Part shown: positions 48,681 through 62,098 of the stretch, piece after piece
Numbering within the stretch: the first letter of the stretch is position 1
Layout of the letters: every line of letters begins with the position of its first letter
Assembly: GCA_030265395.1 (NCBI GenBank)
Contig: JARFYF010000094.1
Coordinates: 63,512,842 to 63,576,841 of the forward strand
DNA from: Rhina ancylostomus
Taxonomy: Eukaryota
Direction: 5' to 3'
Length of the DNA stretch: 64,000 nucleotides
Program-made: the position numbers and the translations under genes
The notes under the pieces: model-generated
What the model was told of the DNA's origin: nothing
Seen by the model: only the letters and a program-made list of their open reading frames with translations
Databases searched by the model: none

Positions 48681-50319
48681 AGGAACTCTCCCGGTATTTG
48701 TCCCTCACTGTCTCTCTGTCTGTGAAGCCCCATGAAACACATCATCTGAGCCAGCATGAGGCACACTGAGGCTCAGAAGAGAGCTGAGGCAACTTGGTGG
48801 AACAGGTAACACTGCCTGCAGAGCTTCTCTGGCAGTGCCTCAAGGTACTGGCCAGCTGCAAGTGCCGGCCATCCCTCCATTTGGGAACCCCACCTTCAAT
48901 TTGGCAATGGGTCTCCAGCTTGGGACAAGGATGGACAAGATTTAGTTGGACTGTGTTTGTGTCAGTGTCAGAAGAACCAGTTTCAGGGTAAATCTCAAGG
49001 CTACAAGACCACAAAGATGAAACACTATTTGGAACAACAGAACTACAGCTCTAATCAACTCCTGGATACGCCCTGTCTGATCTTCATTAAGTGACTTCAG
49101 TAACTCCACTTTTTTTCCTGCTTGGATTAGTCCCTCTCTGTTATCTGGCAAACACTTTGGACTGATACGTTTCTAGTTCCTTGGGCCTTGTTAACTGGAA
49201 TCTTAATTTCCCCTCATTTTTTCCATGTTATTATTTTCTTTTGTAGTCTTAGAAACGCTTCCTTTATTTTAAGTTCTTTTTGTCATTAACAATTTTCTGA
49301 ACAGTTCTCAATTTGTATCCTTTCTAAAGCTCCTATTGAAACTTTATGTACATTGACTTCTTGCAAACTGTTGTCAACAACTTAAGAGTATTTCACAGTC
49401 TTTTAATTCTCAGGGTTAATTTCTCAAGATTAATCACCTTGTCTGCTATCCTCTATTTTCTCAATTATATGTAAACCTGTTCCATTTAGCTATTGCTTCT
49501 ACCCCTTTATCAGTCCTTGCTCCTCTGAATTCTGAGCAGAATCTCCTATAATTCACTGCCTACCATATAATCATTTAATGTTCCTTTTTCTCTGTCTTTC
49601 CCTTTCGTGTTTTGTTCTCTCTGACCTTCCGATCACTGCTTCTTGGCTATTCGCCTATAAGACATCACACGATTAATGTTCTTGGTCAGTATCCGATCAA
49701 GTGCAACTTCATTTCTCCACCCTCACTGATGTGTTATTTAATGTTTGTAGACCTCACCAAGTACAGATTTCACCTGCTCTGTTCCCAACTAGTATAATTC
49801 AAATTCCATTAGACGTTAGGGTCATTAAACTCCACCCTCTTACCACCACCACTGGCTCCTTAATAAAGCATGACTTTTGCTGGATGTCTTCCTTGATTCT
49901 CTGTGGAATACAAATCACTGTCTGGCAGGCTGCAGCAAATTCCCATCCGCAGTTTCTCTGTTTTCCTCATTTAATTAAATCCAGAGTGATTCAGCCTCCC
50001 TTGAGTCCTCTTTCAAGTCCTGAACTTAATGTTTTCCTTTATACATAACGTGACTCCTCCTCCTACACACTGACATTTATTGCTTCCGAACGATAACACA
50101 CCCATCCAGCACCATGTCCCATTCCTGCTCTTGGCCACTTGGTTTCTATGTACTTCAGGCACCAAAAGCCCTCTTTCTAAATTTGCCAGTTTTGCTGTTG
50201 CCGGAAATCAAAATGTTTTTCTGACAGTCACTTTTCCTTTTAAACTGAGTCTTCCAAATTCTAGCCACCCTTTCTGTTTCCAGGAAAATGTACAGAGCTC
50301 CTGTTGTGATATCAACACT

Positions 50320-50562
50320 CGGGTCACCATCTCTGGATAATTTCCTGGGGTTCTTAATCATGTGATTCCTCATCTTCAAACACCTCTGCCAGTCAAAAAG
50401 CCATTTCCTCTACTCTAATATTTTGAAAATTAATGAGGTTCAACAGGATAAAAACCATTAATATCCTGATGATTTTTCTCATCAATTGCTTGCTGCGGTG
50501 TTCAGGGGATTTGTCCTTAATTCCTGGAAACTCCAGGACATTCCTGAAGGATTACTAAACCG
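50320..50562. mobile_element. Possible degenerate hAT-type MITE
   Basis: Left end gggtcaccatctctgga and right end taattcctggaaactccaggacattcctgaaggattactaaacc resemble decayed AGGGTTGCCAAC-type termini. Recognition only. Confidence 0.35.
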
Positions 50563-50949
50563 TCAGCTCATTTGCTCCAGTTGTCTCTGTAATGACGCTG
50601 TGATACATCATCATCTTATGATTAAATCATGGTAGCTCAGTGGGCCAAATGCTGCAGCTGTGGAAAAGTTTGTGTTATGGGATGTGGGCAGCATTTATTG
50701 TCCATTCCTCAGCGGGTTCCTACTCCTTACTTTGCATGCGAACCTGGGAATGCCTTGCTGTCGGCTTTCTCTTCCAAGGCTTGAGTTGCAATATCGAAGC
50801 AGCTGGATTTTGAGCCTTCAGGTAGCACCTAGTGTTAGCCTGACAAAATGGCAGGAAATCCTCCAGTGAATAATTCTAGCCGATATTTAATTTTTAAAAA
50901 ATTGAAGTTTTTTTCTTGAAAAAAATCCTTAGTGATCGTGACTGTGTTA

Positions 50950-51743
50950 AACTGGCCCCCCTTCTCCATCTAAACTACCTCCGGTCTTTGACCACACCAT
51001 CCTGCCCCAAAACCTCTCTACATTGTTAACAGGCTGAAACTCCACTCATCTAGTTCAGTCATATTGGTGAATCACCCACTTTGTCTTCTCTTTCTGTTCC
51101 CAACAACATTTCTCTTGGAATTGCCCAAGAATCCATCCTTGGGTCCCTGCCTCAGCCCCTCTGCTGCTGAAGCTGTCATCTCTGCCTTTGTTATCTCTGG
51201 ACTTGATTGTCCCAATGCTTCCTTGGTTGCTGTCTTGCCTTTCCTGCTCAGTCCCCACTGCCCATAACATAGCCTCCCTGATCCACGTGGGCTCCTGATC
51301 CAGCAGTGTCACAATTCTAGAATATTCACTCTCAACCACGCCCTGACCTCACACAGCTTCTTCCAGCCCTCTGACCATGTAAGGTCTCTGTAATCCTCCA
51401 AATCTTAACTGTCATCCATTTAAGTTGCTCCACCATTGACAGCCATTCAATCAGCTGCCTAAATTCTAAAGTTTGAAGTACCCCTCACTTAACTCTCTTT
51501 CCTCCTTCAGACCTATCAATTTATCCAAACTATTTGTCATCTGACCCAGTGGATCCTTATGAATTGACAATCAGTTTTTAATATAGCTCCTGCAAAGTGT
51601 CTTGGAACATTGCAATACAAGATAAGGTTAATAAAGAGAAATGCATGAACTGTGGGTCCTGTAACAAGTTTAAGACATTGATACATGCCAGTGCAACCCA
51701 AACCTAGTGGTGCTGTATAAATGAAGGTTGTTGGATAGTTACA
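50950..51743 (+). mobile_element. Decayed L2 LINE 3' half including tail
   Basis: tttgaccacaccatcctg (DHTIL), ccaagaatccatccttgg (PQxSILG), gctgctgaagctgtcatctctgcctttgttatctctggacttgat (AAEAVISAFVISGLD), tail ctcctgcaaagtgtcttgg...tgctgtataaatgaaggttgttg. Confidence 0.75.
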
Positions 51744-51853
51744 GGTGGAACCACCATCAGCTGTTGGGTTTGGGTTGACTGGCATGTATCAATGTCTTAA
51801 ATTTGTTACAGAACCCACAGTTCATGTATTTCTCCTTATTGATCTCGTATTGC
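51612..51853. repeat. Long inverted repeat (arms about 51630-51704 and 51767-51840, extendable to 51612/51853)
   Basis: aataaagagaaatgcatgaactgtgggtcctgtaacaagtttaagacattgatacatgccagtgcaacccaaacc versus the reverse complement of ggtttgggttgactggcatgtatcaatgtcttaaatttgttacagaacccacagttcatgtatttctccttatt: 4 mismatches and 1 indel by eye. Confidence 0.95.
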
Positions 51854-53432
51854 TAGGGCTAGGCAGAGACTAACTGTTAAGCCATAGGGAGAGGTACTAA
51901 GTTTTAAATGTACCTGGGCACTCACGGGATCTGAGCTGGCAATTTGGGAAAACCGTCATGGTTTCAGGGAGTTTGGAGCAAACAGGGTTANNNNNNNNNN
52001 CTATGTACCTGGTGTTTTGTGGCTAGGTGTGTGCTTGCTTGGTAGGAGACTCTAACTCAAGTAACTGGGGAAGTTTCTGAAAACAAAGGGGAAATTCAAT
52101 GTCAGAAGTGCACAATTGTTTGCCTCCCAACAAATCAAAATCAGTGTTTGAGTGAATTTCACAGTGCAACTCTTGTTACTTTAATGTTCCAGTGCATTAA
52201 ACTTCGAAACCGGTGCTGACTTGTGCTATGCTGAGAAAAGTTTTGCCCCTTAGGTAATTTCTTTTAGAAAGATTTAAAAATAAAATACAACAAGCCATTT
52301 AAGACCTTTTTTAATCAAATTTAATCAAATTCACAGTCTGCAATCTAACTGAGTGGGAAGTTTTTGATTCTCCGAGCACTAAATGTTTGAAAGCACAAAT
52401 GTGTTCGTATCATGCTATTGTGTGTTGCTGCTCACAGGACAGCATCATTTGTTCTCCTCCCTCTGCCTCCCACTCCCTTTGCTGCCGATTCCATAGAAGT
52501 CGTCATTGTGTAGTCTACTTTAGAGTTGGACGTGCACTAGGAGCCCATCAACTGGGATTTTTTTTTCCGCTTGGTCATTCAGAGTAGGGTCTTAATGTGC
52601 CATGAAAGCAGTTTCAGCCCTTGGCCTCTTTCTCAGCCAGCAGGAGTGCTATCTAGACCAAACTCCCCGCTGTGAGATTGGCACTAATGGTGCGATCAGT
52701 TAAGTTCAGAATCAGCCAAAATTTTATTTTTCATCTGAATAGTGTGCCATCGAAACAAGAGCAGACCTGACAGCTGTATTGGGCCGTTCAAATTCCTTCA
52801 GAAGGGATTTGAGGATAGACTGCAGGTTTGAACAAAAAACCTTTTGAAACTGCACAAGATCTAGGAGATAGAATGCCTTTTCTCGTCACAAGAAATGCAA
52901 TGGCTTTAAATCTGTGAGAGTAGTAACAGCCGCCCAATGGCTGTTGTTAACGCGACTGAAATGCTGGGAGGCAAATATTAGCTGCTCTTTGATGCTGTTT
53001 TAGCTTTTAACAGGAGCTACAGAATAGTTTCAGTCCCAAGGGTTAAAAGTATAACATTTTAATTCTTAAGTGTGTTTAATATTAAAAGAATACATTATTT
53101 ATGGTGGCATTGGGATGTATGGGCAAACTGTTAAACACAACCACTTAATTCACAGACATTTTTTTCTTTGACCCTTTGGCCTCCCTCTCTTGTGGATCAG
53201 TATTGATGCCCCATCTGTTATGTTGGCTGAGATCAGGTAACTTCGAGCCCAGGGAATAAATCTGTGACTCTGCCATTCTATATAACTCAGATACTGCTTG
53301 GGGCCAACTGTTTGAGACAGAGGGGAAGTTGGTAGTCACTGTGGTGGGGTGGGAGGGGAGGAGGAGGTGGGCGACAGGGTAAAGGAAAATGGTACCACCC
53401 GTTGACGGGCAGAGAACAAGAAATTCAAAATA

Positions 53433-53753
53433 TAGGGACTCCCCAGGTTACGGATGACCTGCCTTATGGAAATCTGGCGCTGCCCAAATTCTCCCATACA
53501 TCTTTGAAGTATTTTTCAAGATAATGATAATAAAATGTTTTCCGGTGTTTGTTAATAACTGGATAGAGTATATATTCCATTAGTTTAATTATATTTTGGG
53601 TAAATATTCAATGAAATGAAAGAATTATAGCAAGCATATGCAGAGTGACACGATATGGGTTGCTATAGAAAACAGACATTTCCAATTCATGAAGAAATCA
53701 GCTTGCCAACAGTTCTCAGGAACGGAACATCTGCATCACCTGGGCACTGTCTG
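53433..53753. mobile_element. Tc1/mariner (Tigger-like) non-autonomous element
   Basis: Imperfect TIRs tagggactccccaggttacg and catcacctgggcactgtctg, with TA on the left side. Confidence 0.5.
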
Positions 53754-54885
53754 TCATTAAAATGAGAGGTTTTATAGTGAAAGTTCTGCCTCCCCTAACC
53801 TTTTTAAGCTCTCACCCTGATTTTAGCTATTCAAAAAAAAATCTGAAGTTGTGGCTGTGTCTGGGACATGGTTAAATGCACCAACGTGTTGTTTTTCTTT
53901 CTACTTTCCTTAAAAGACGACGTGCGAGTCCAGAAAGTGAGATTTGGCAGATTGTTCCATCACACGTTTCAGACTGTTGAAGCGTCACAACTAAAAAGCC
54001 TTCTGTGAGGAAATGCTTTGCCAAGTAACATGGGTATCAGAAGGCTTGAGAATCTCTGCTTGATGTTTAAAGAGCAATGCACACGTGTGCATATTCAGAG
54101 AAGTACAATCATGTGCATGCATACACCAAGCACATACATGCGCACGCCTTTGTACTAATATGTACAGACATGCACATATACAGTACACTTGCCGCAATAT
54201 ACAACCAGCCCGACAATGACTCCTTGGAGCTTGATGAATTTTTTGGATATTTTGTACACATTCAGCACATTTTGTGAGTAAGAGTGAGAGAGTGGGCTGG
54301 TTTTAAACACATTCAATATGTTGTACGGTGAAGAGAAAAGATCATTGTNNNNNNNNNNNNNNNNNNNNNNNNNNNNNNNNNNNNNNNNNNNNNNNNNNNN
54401 NNNNNNNNNNNNNNNNNNNNNNNNNNNNNNNNNNNNNNNNNNNNNNNNNNNNNNNNNNNNNNNNNNNNNNNNNNNNNNNNNNNNNNNNNNNNNNNNNNNN
54501 NNNNNNNNNNNNNNNNNNNNNNNNNNNNNNNNNNNNNNNNNNNNNNNNNNNNNNNNNNNNNNNNNNNNNNNNNNNNNNNNNNNNNNNNNNNNNNNNNNNN
54601 NNNNNNNNNNNNNNNNNNNNNNNNNNNNNNNNNNNNNNNNNNNNNNNNNNNNNNNNNNNNNNNNNNNNNNNNNNNNNNNNNNNNNNNNNNNNNNNNNNNN
54701 NNNNNNNNNNNNNNNNNNNNNNNNNNNNNNNNNNNNNNNNNNNNNNNNNNNNNNNNNNNNNNNNNNNNNNNNNNNNNNNNNNNNNNNNNNNNNNNNNNNN
54801 NNNNNNNNNNNACAATCCATACGTGGATTGCAGTGACAGTCACAGTTATTGTTTCTCATCCATCGACAGAGAAAACAAGCAGGCT

Positions 54886-54888
<3 letters not shown>

Positions 54889-54922
<34 letters not shown>

Positions 54923-54953
54923 CTTCTGTCTCTTTCTCCCTCTCTCTCTCTCT
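54889..54953 (+). repeat. (CT)n microsatellite with imperfect extension
   Basis: Read directly. Confidence 0.95.
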
Positions 54954-55299
54954 TGTAAACTAGTCCGTAACAGTAATACAGAAATCAAAAAAAAAACCTG
55001 CAAATGTTGGAAAAACTCAGCTATTCAGGGAAGCGCACAGGCCGGAAACATTGAATGTTTCCCTTTTCCCACAAGCAGTCTGACTTGCTGAGTTTTTCCA
55101 ACATTTTCTCTTTTTGAATAACAATAATAGTTAAATTCACAATTTATATTTTGGTGATAGAAAGTTCTTGCAAGACAACCAGTGTTGGTCTCCAATTATA
55201 CAAATGTGTTATTCCATGATCTTCCTGATACTTAGTCTCATTGTGTTGCTGCCAACAGGTGGAAGGTACAGACCCAAATTTGGCTGGTCACTTACTTGT

Positions 55300-55628
55300 T
55301 ACGAAACATTGCCATCAGATCCATGCCAGCTCTTCACAGAGCAAATCCCATCAGTCCCATTCCTCTTTCCTTATTTCCTTCTCACCCTACAAATTATCTC
55401 TCTCATGTAGCAACGTCTCTTTTGATTTTTAGTGCACTTAGCTCCACTAATAATAACTTAGAGTGGCCAACTAACCTGCCATTATGTCTTTGCAATGTTG
55501 GGGGGAGACCAACGTGGTCCCAAGGAGAATGTGTGAAGTCTACCACAAGACGGCGTCCAGGGTCAGGATCAAACCCATGTCCCTGGAGCTGTAGGGCAGC
55601 AGGGAAAACTGCCATGCCACCATGCCAT
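55300..55628 (-). mobile_element. V-SINE
   Basis: agtggccaactaacctgcc, atgtctttgcaatgttgggg, ggagaatgtgtgaagtc, gtcaggatcaaaccc (B box on the minus strand). Confidence 0.7.
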
Positions 55629-55786
55629 TAATGAACACTCTTCAGAATGAATCCTTGGTTGTCTGGGTAAACGGTACAGAGAAGCTAATTTGCTGGAGGA
55701 TGTATTCCCTTTCATTAGGGTACTCTAAACAAGTAATGTACAAAAAGTAAGTATTGCACATGATGTCAATCCAGACCATAAACATG

Positions 55787-55920
55787 AGTCCAGATGAAGC
55801 ATCTCGACCCAAAATGTCAACTGTCTATGTCCCTCCACAGGCGCTGCCTGACCCTCCGAGATCCTCCAGTGTCTCGTTTGTTGTTACAGATTTCAGCATC
55901 TGCAGTCTCTTGTGTGTCCA
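55787..55920 (+). mobile_element. Penelope-like pLTR with degenerate hammerhead
   Basis: AGTC CAGATGA A GCAT-CTCG-ACCC AAAA T GTC AACT ...cagcatctgcagtctcttgtgt. Confidence 0.75.
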
Positions 55921-57937
55921 GTCTGTGAATCAATCATATTAGAAATACTCTTCAGGTCAGTCAGCATCCGAGAAGTGAGAAACACAGGTATATAGGTGAC
56001 CTTTTATCTGTTGAAAGGACTTGGACCTGAAGTGTTAAGTTTATTACTTTCTGCTCAGCAGTGTAAGTTCTAATTTCCGAATGAGGATAACCAGCAAAGT
56101 TCCAAGGCACTTGAGACCATGCCGGTGGTGTTTCCACCAACTTTGCCACTTGCTGCATTCACTCCACTTGCTTGTTTGTGCTAGTTGCTTCTTAATTTGA
56201 AATCTCAGGCCAATAATAATTTTTTGTAGATGCCAGGATGCAAATTTAATAAGCTCAGTAAAATTTAAAATCCAATAGCAGCAGCAGCAGATTTTTCTCA
56301 AGCCTTTTGCAGCATAAATTATCCCAACAAGGTAGAACTTTTTGGCCCTGAGGCAATAGGGTATGGCGGTAATAAAAAAGCAAAATATGACACATTTTTA
56401 AAGATTGCCACTAAATAATTGGTTTCATTAGCACTCCTAGAAAATAATCCTGTTACTGTAGCCCAATGAAAGAGTGACCCGTGCCTGTTGTCAAATTAAG
56501 TAGATTTTTGAGGTTTTTCAGTAAGAGTATACCAGTGTGATTGAAGCATTTGCTTTTCTCATCTATCAAACTGCAGCAAGATGACGTCTCTTTAAGAGCA
56601 GTCAGTCACTTGTGCCAGGATCTAGGGACTACAGAAACACCGGTGATTACATTCACCCATTGCTGTCAGTTGCCATTTTTCTCCTCTCTTCAAATGTAAA
56701 TTCTGTGCTTTGTTTAAATCCAAATTGTTTCTCCCCATTGCCATTGTGGTGAATCAATTTAAAGTGGTTATACCCATTGAGATTCCCTGTAGGGTTCAAT
56801 TCGACAACCAATCAAAGAAAGAACGTATATCAACCAGAAGTAGTCAGTGATCTCTATTTCCCACCTGTCTACAAACAGTCCCACTCCCACCCTCATTTCT
56901 TTAACTAACTAACAGGTAGAGCAGCAGGATGTCCACGTTACAGGAGTTTTTCTGCTGAGAATTCTGATCCCTTTTCGCTTATTCCTGGTGTCTTGTGGTT
57001 CTTCCTACTTAGTAAATTTGGCATTCCTTTAAGTACAGAGCTCCTCGATCTTGCATCGAGATCAGTGCAACCCAGGAAAATTTATTTGTCTTTATCCTTG
57101 GTCATAGCTTGAGATGGGTAAAACCACATTCCAAGTAAGATTTAACATCTTTAAATACACAGTGGCAAAGGAGACTGCTTGGAACAGCACTCTTATCTTC
57201 TCTCATCTCTTCGGCCACGTTTAATATCCAGTTAAGATGAAAAAGCATGTTTCTCTTTATTCTTGAGCAGCAGGGGCCGAGGTTATTAACATACTGATGT
57301 TTGTGACTCATACCCCCAAGAGTCTCCAGTCTCTGACTTGGTTCTTGAGTGATATTTATGGAGTTCCATTAACTGTTTTTACCTCTTTTTTTATGTCCCT
57401 TTGGTCCCTGGTTTCTATTAAGATATAAAGCCTTTGCTCTTAAAATAGTGACTTTGAGGCTTCAGTTACAACAGCATAAATGCACAAAGGATCTGGTGCC
57501 TGTAACTGCCTTAGCAGCAGGTATAGACCTTACAGGGCTGCATATCTGTCCCTCAGCTGACGATCAGAGGCCATGTTTCAAGGTGACAGTCAAAATGCAA
57601 TCTTGTTGGAAAACTGAGCAGGTCAGGCAGAGCTTGTGGAGAGTGAAACTGAGTTAGCATCTCATCTGGATGACTGTTCATCCAAACTGGGAAGATAATG
57701 GTGACACTATCAGTTTTAAGCATGCACAGAGGCATGAACCAAACTGTGATAGAAGAAGGCACAACTAACAAATTGTGGTCCAAAACAAAAGTGGGTGATA
57801 GAGGAGTATGTAGATGTTAAGTTTGGAGGAGAAATTACCCATTTCTACCCTGCTCTCTCTTTCACTGGGTCTATCTCTGACTATTCCCTTTTTTCTGGAT
57901 TCCTTCATCTGATGGGATAGCTTAGCAACCGACGTCT

Positions 57938-58125
57938 ATGAGAATCATGGAGTTGTACAGCATAGAAACAGGCTCTTTGGCCTGCCACCTCTGTAGACCA
58001 TCATGCCAATCTATACTGATCGCACTTGCCTGCATTAATTCCAAACTGCTCCATGCCCTGCTTATTCATCTGTTAAGATACTTCTTAAATCTTGTCACTG
58101 TTACTGCCTCCATCACCTCCTTTAT
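57938..58125 (-). mobile_element. CR1 3' tail
   Basis: gagttgtacagcatagaaacaggctctttggcc...cttcttaaat...gcctccatcacctcc. Confidence 0.7.
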
Positions 58126-58169
58126 AAGCCAACAAATTCCCCACAGCGAGCAGATCAATTTAGGAGTCA

Positions 58170-58364
58170 GCAGAAAACAAGCTGCTGGAGGAACTCTGCA
58201 GGTCAGGCAGCATCTGTGGAGGCAAAGGGTCAAGGCCCTTCATCAGCACACCACGACCCAAAACATCTGTGATCCCTTTGTCCCCCAGGGGCTGCTTGAT
58301 CCACTGAGTTCCTCCAGCGGTTTCTTTACTCCAAATTACAGCATCTGCAGTCTCTTGTGTCTCA
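58170..58364. mobile_element. Penelope-like inverted pLTR pair
   Basis: gctgctggaggaactctgcaggtcaggcagc...cccttcatcag is mirrored by gctgcttgatccactgagttcctccagcg. Confidence 0.8.
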
Positions 58365-59249
58365 AACTTCGGACTCAGTTGGGCATGCGCAAAATAAAAG
58401 AAACCTTATGTTATCTTTGACCTCCAAAATAGTCCGAGAATACCAGGTAGGTTTGGCCGAGGCAAGTAGAGCATCGTGCTCCCACATCTACCAGTGAATG
58501 ATTCAAGTGCATCTTGAGGTAAGTGGGGCTGATAGGTTTACAGAGATGCCAGCTTTCTAATTAGGTCCCGGTGACTGTTATTCTCATTCGGAAAATAACA
58601 TATGAAGTGACTTGGATTTGTCAGTGGGTGACAATCTGGACATTCAACTGGGGATTTGCATTGATTTTTATCTGAACCCATATGTACCATAGTTGTATGT
58701 TTCCAGCTTTAAATGACCCTTAAAGTTCTTCAGAAATTCCAATGATTAAAGCCAATTCCCTTATCTAGTAATGTTTTTGTGTCAAAGGGGGAGATAATAT
58801 TATTAAGCATCAATGCCAGTTGAGCTGTTTTTCTTGGATAAAGAAACACATGTACAGTCCATCTCCACTGGTTCTCAATTACATGTTTTCCAAAGGTGTT
58901 CACAACCCAGCTTATGGCAATCATTTCAGTGGGTTGTTTTTTCAATTTTTGTTCCAGAATGTGGGTGTTGTTGCCAAGCTCAGTATTTATTGCTCATAAC
59001 TATTTGCCTTTGCGAAGTATTGTTGCAGAGGGTGTCAAGACCATGTGCCAACACATGGCATTAAGTGTGGATCTGAGGATGTGAAGAGAACAATGCCTCG
59101 AGAGATGTTGGACAGCTTAAACTAATCCTGGGAGGGTTTGAATTGCAAAGGATGGGATTTCAGTTGGAATCCATGTGGGATGAATTGAAGCTGGAGACAT
59201 TTGTAAGGAAATGGATGTGGTTGTGGAAATGTCTTGGGAAACAGAAACC

Positions 59250-59370
59250 AAGCAGAGGGTCTTTGACCTGAATCTGTTCCCCTTCCTACAGATGTGCCCT
59301 GACCACTGAGTATTTCCAGCATTTTCTGTTTTTTATTATTTTAGATTTTCAGCATATGCAGTTTTTTTTT
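59250..59370 (+). mobile_element. Old Penelope-like pLTR fragment
   Basis: agggtctttgacctgaa...acagatgtgccctgaccactgagtatttccagcattttctgtt. Confidence 0.65.
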
Positions 59371-59454
59371 ATTTTCTTGCCCTTGAGAAGATGGTGGTAT
59401 GCTGCCTTCTTGAACCTCAGTTGTCCTTTTGCTCCTTCTGTCTCGGTGTTGGAG

Positions 59455-59590
59455 GTGGTAATAGGTTTACTGTTGCTACCTGAACTGAGATTCAGTGAAA
59501 AGCTTTTGTTTGCATGCCATTGCAGACAGATCATGCCATACATAATACATCAAGGTAGTACAAAAAGGTAAACTAAAATAGAATGCAAGA
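59455..59590 (-). mobile_element. Rex/Babar-type 3' UTR fragment
   Basis: cagtgaaaagcttttgtttgcatgcc...cagatcatgccatacata, as at 34826-34876. Confidence 0.6.
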
Positions 59591-61209
59591 TTAGAGAAGG
59601 TAGGTTAAAGGATTCTCATCTGCTACAGAGTTGATTTGGGGATAAACCAGTTTGAACATGGAATGCAAGTACCTCCATGTATACCTGTACAGTGTACAGC
59701 ACCAAATGAGACTGTTTGTCCCATTAGGCCTCCAATTGATTTTTGAAGCCAAATTTTTCAAAAAAAAACAAATTTAGATCCAACTTTCAACTTGCTCCAT
59801 TGTTATTGTGAAACCCAATAGATGTTTGACTTCTGTGAAATCTCTTTTGTGAAACCTCTGGCATGGCTTCTGCACAGACAGCACATGCTGACAGTATTTT
59901 CAGGCTTGTTCATTCTTTATTTCTGCCTTGTTTTCTTTATTTTACCTCTAGTCTTTTTGCCAGAGTGTTTTCCTGTTCCTTGGATCTGTTTACAGAGAGA
60001 GCAACAGACTTCTGGATGTCATTTCTCACATAGTTGATTGGCAGTCAAAAGGCTGCTGTTTACCAAACTGCCCTTATGTTTGAGAGAGGTAGAAATCTAC
60101 CGCTTGACCCTGGGTGGAAAATGAGTAGGTTACGTATTGAGTGTTTAAGATCAGCTGTGTTGTTGCCCTAGTGTACAGATTTGTCACAAGCCAAAAAATA
60201 CATTCGCTGGTGCTTCAACATTACTGAGTTGCTACCAAACTAACAGAGTATTGGTACACTGCATTAATAAATGATCCAACATGATCACCCAGCAGCATTC
60301 AACTATTACCAAAAGTGTATTGATTGGAAGATGGAGACAAAAGCAGTTTTTTTAAGTGCCAGAACATGATAGTCACAGTAAAATCTGTGATTAATGCAGG
60401 GGGCTCTGCGACACTCTACACATTCAAACTCTCAACACTTCCAACAGCATCTGAATGCTGTTAGGCTATTCTGTGGAAAGTCCTTTCCTGGAATATTTCT
60501 GTCTTTTACAACTTGGAGTCAGTTCCTTGTTTTTTTGGATTGAAAGTGCACAGTTTGGTTGCAGTATGAAGCTTTGCATGTCCAAACACAGCCAAATTCC
60601 AGTGTGGTGAAGCCTGAAATGTGTGCGTGCTTGTATGAGTGTGTTTGTGGATTGGATTAATCATTAGCAGTGGGCCTGATGTATGCAGGGCATGTGTTGG
60701 AGGAGTGCTGGAATTAGGTTAGATTTTTCAATGCTAGAGTTTCTGTAGTCTTGTTTTCATAGGGATGATTTCAATTTGAATGCAAATGTTAGCACTTTTG
60801 AAGCTACAAAGCTGTGTGTTTATGGTCTTTGCATAAAATGAGGCAGAGTTTTATAGTCTGATCACAGAGCATTACTGCAGAATATGGTCTTGTGCAGTTT
60901 TCATGCACTGAGGAGAAACTCTGAAGTCCTCTGTTGCAAATCTAGAAATTGCTTTTTTTCTTGCCTCAAGCAAAAGGACATGCTGAAGGAACTTTGAGCA
61001 AGATCATTGGAGCACTTACTGCATTGTCCCTCACCGGTTTTCTCTGTCTCGTTTCGGAAAGCATCATCAACTTGCTCGGGCAATGGGTGCCTCCTGGTGC
61101 CCCTCTTACAATGAGAGCCAACCTCATTAAAGTAATAGCCATGTGGGCCCCAACCTTCTATAGCCAGTCAGCATAGTTTTAAGAAAGGGAAATAATAATA
61201 AAACCAGTT

Positions 61210-62098
61210 GGAATTTACCCTTTATGTGATAAACTGGGTAAGTAAAAGGGAACCAGTGGATGTGGCATATTTGGATTTGACAAAATTCTTGAAAGGGGTA
61301 CCTCACATTAGATTATTACACAAGATGAGTGGTTATAGGATTGGGCCTACCACATGAGCATGGATTGAGGATTGACTAAGGGAAAGAAAGCACAATACTC
61401 AGAATGATGAGCTGTAACTGGTGGTGTGGCTCAAAGATCAGTATTCGGGTCTCAGCTGTTTACCGTCAGTTTGAAAGCTGAGTAGAGAGAACTGAGTGAA
61501 CTATGTCATGTTCACATACAATACTCAACTAGATGGTAAATTAATCTGTGACAATATAAATTGGTTGGAAACTGTTATAGTTGAAGTGATTGGAGAGGAC
61601 GGTGGCTTATGGAGCTGTAACATGGATAAGTGTGAAATTACTTTGATAGGATGGATAGTAAAAACAGAATGCTGTTTTAATAGGTGAGAGGCTGGCAAGT
61701 TCAAGGATTTAGAGTTGTCCTTGTGCATCAATCACAGAAAATTAACATGCAGGCACTGCAAGCAGTTCAGGAGAATTGAAATATAAGATTAGAGAAGCCT
61801 TGTTGCGATAGTGTAGGATTGTGCAGTGGATGTACATGGGGTGCCACACTGAGTTTTGACCCTCACAAGTTTGAGGCAGCAGTTGTGCTATTGCCGTACA
61901 GGTATGTGGAACAAGCTGTCAGAGGCTGTAGAGGCAGGTACAGTTACAACATTTAAAAGACATTTGGACACGGTTAGGAAAGGTTTAGGGGAATATGGGC
62001 CAAACATAAGCAAATGGGGCTAACTCGGGTAGACAACTTGATCGGCACGGATGAGTTGGGCCGAAGGGCCTGTTTCCATGCAGTGTAACTCTATGACT
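61210..62098 (+). mobile_element. CR1 LINE fragments (decayed RT at 61210-61810, younger 3' end at 61900-62098)
   Basis: PVDVAYLD-like ccagtggatgtggcatatttggattt, ggtggtgtggctcaaagatcagtattcgggtctcag (xGVxQxSVxG), tail gggccgaagggcctgtttccatgcagtgtaactctatgact. Confidence 0.75.

Noticed and set aside
48909-48935. SSLGQGW peptide reminiscent of an AUTS2 small exon (SSLGTGY)
   Set aside because: No splice sites flank it and the match is only 5 residues. Chance.
54070-54190. Purine-pyrimidine alternating tract (Z-DNA candidate)
   Set aside because: It is a degenerate CA/TG/TA low-complexity relic with frequent interruptions, ordinary for vertebrate introns.
54155-55003. Long ORFs of 157-282 aa
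   Set aside because: They consist mostly of the N gap (54349-54811) and a CT microsatellite.
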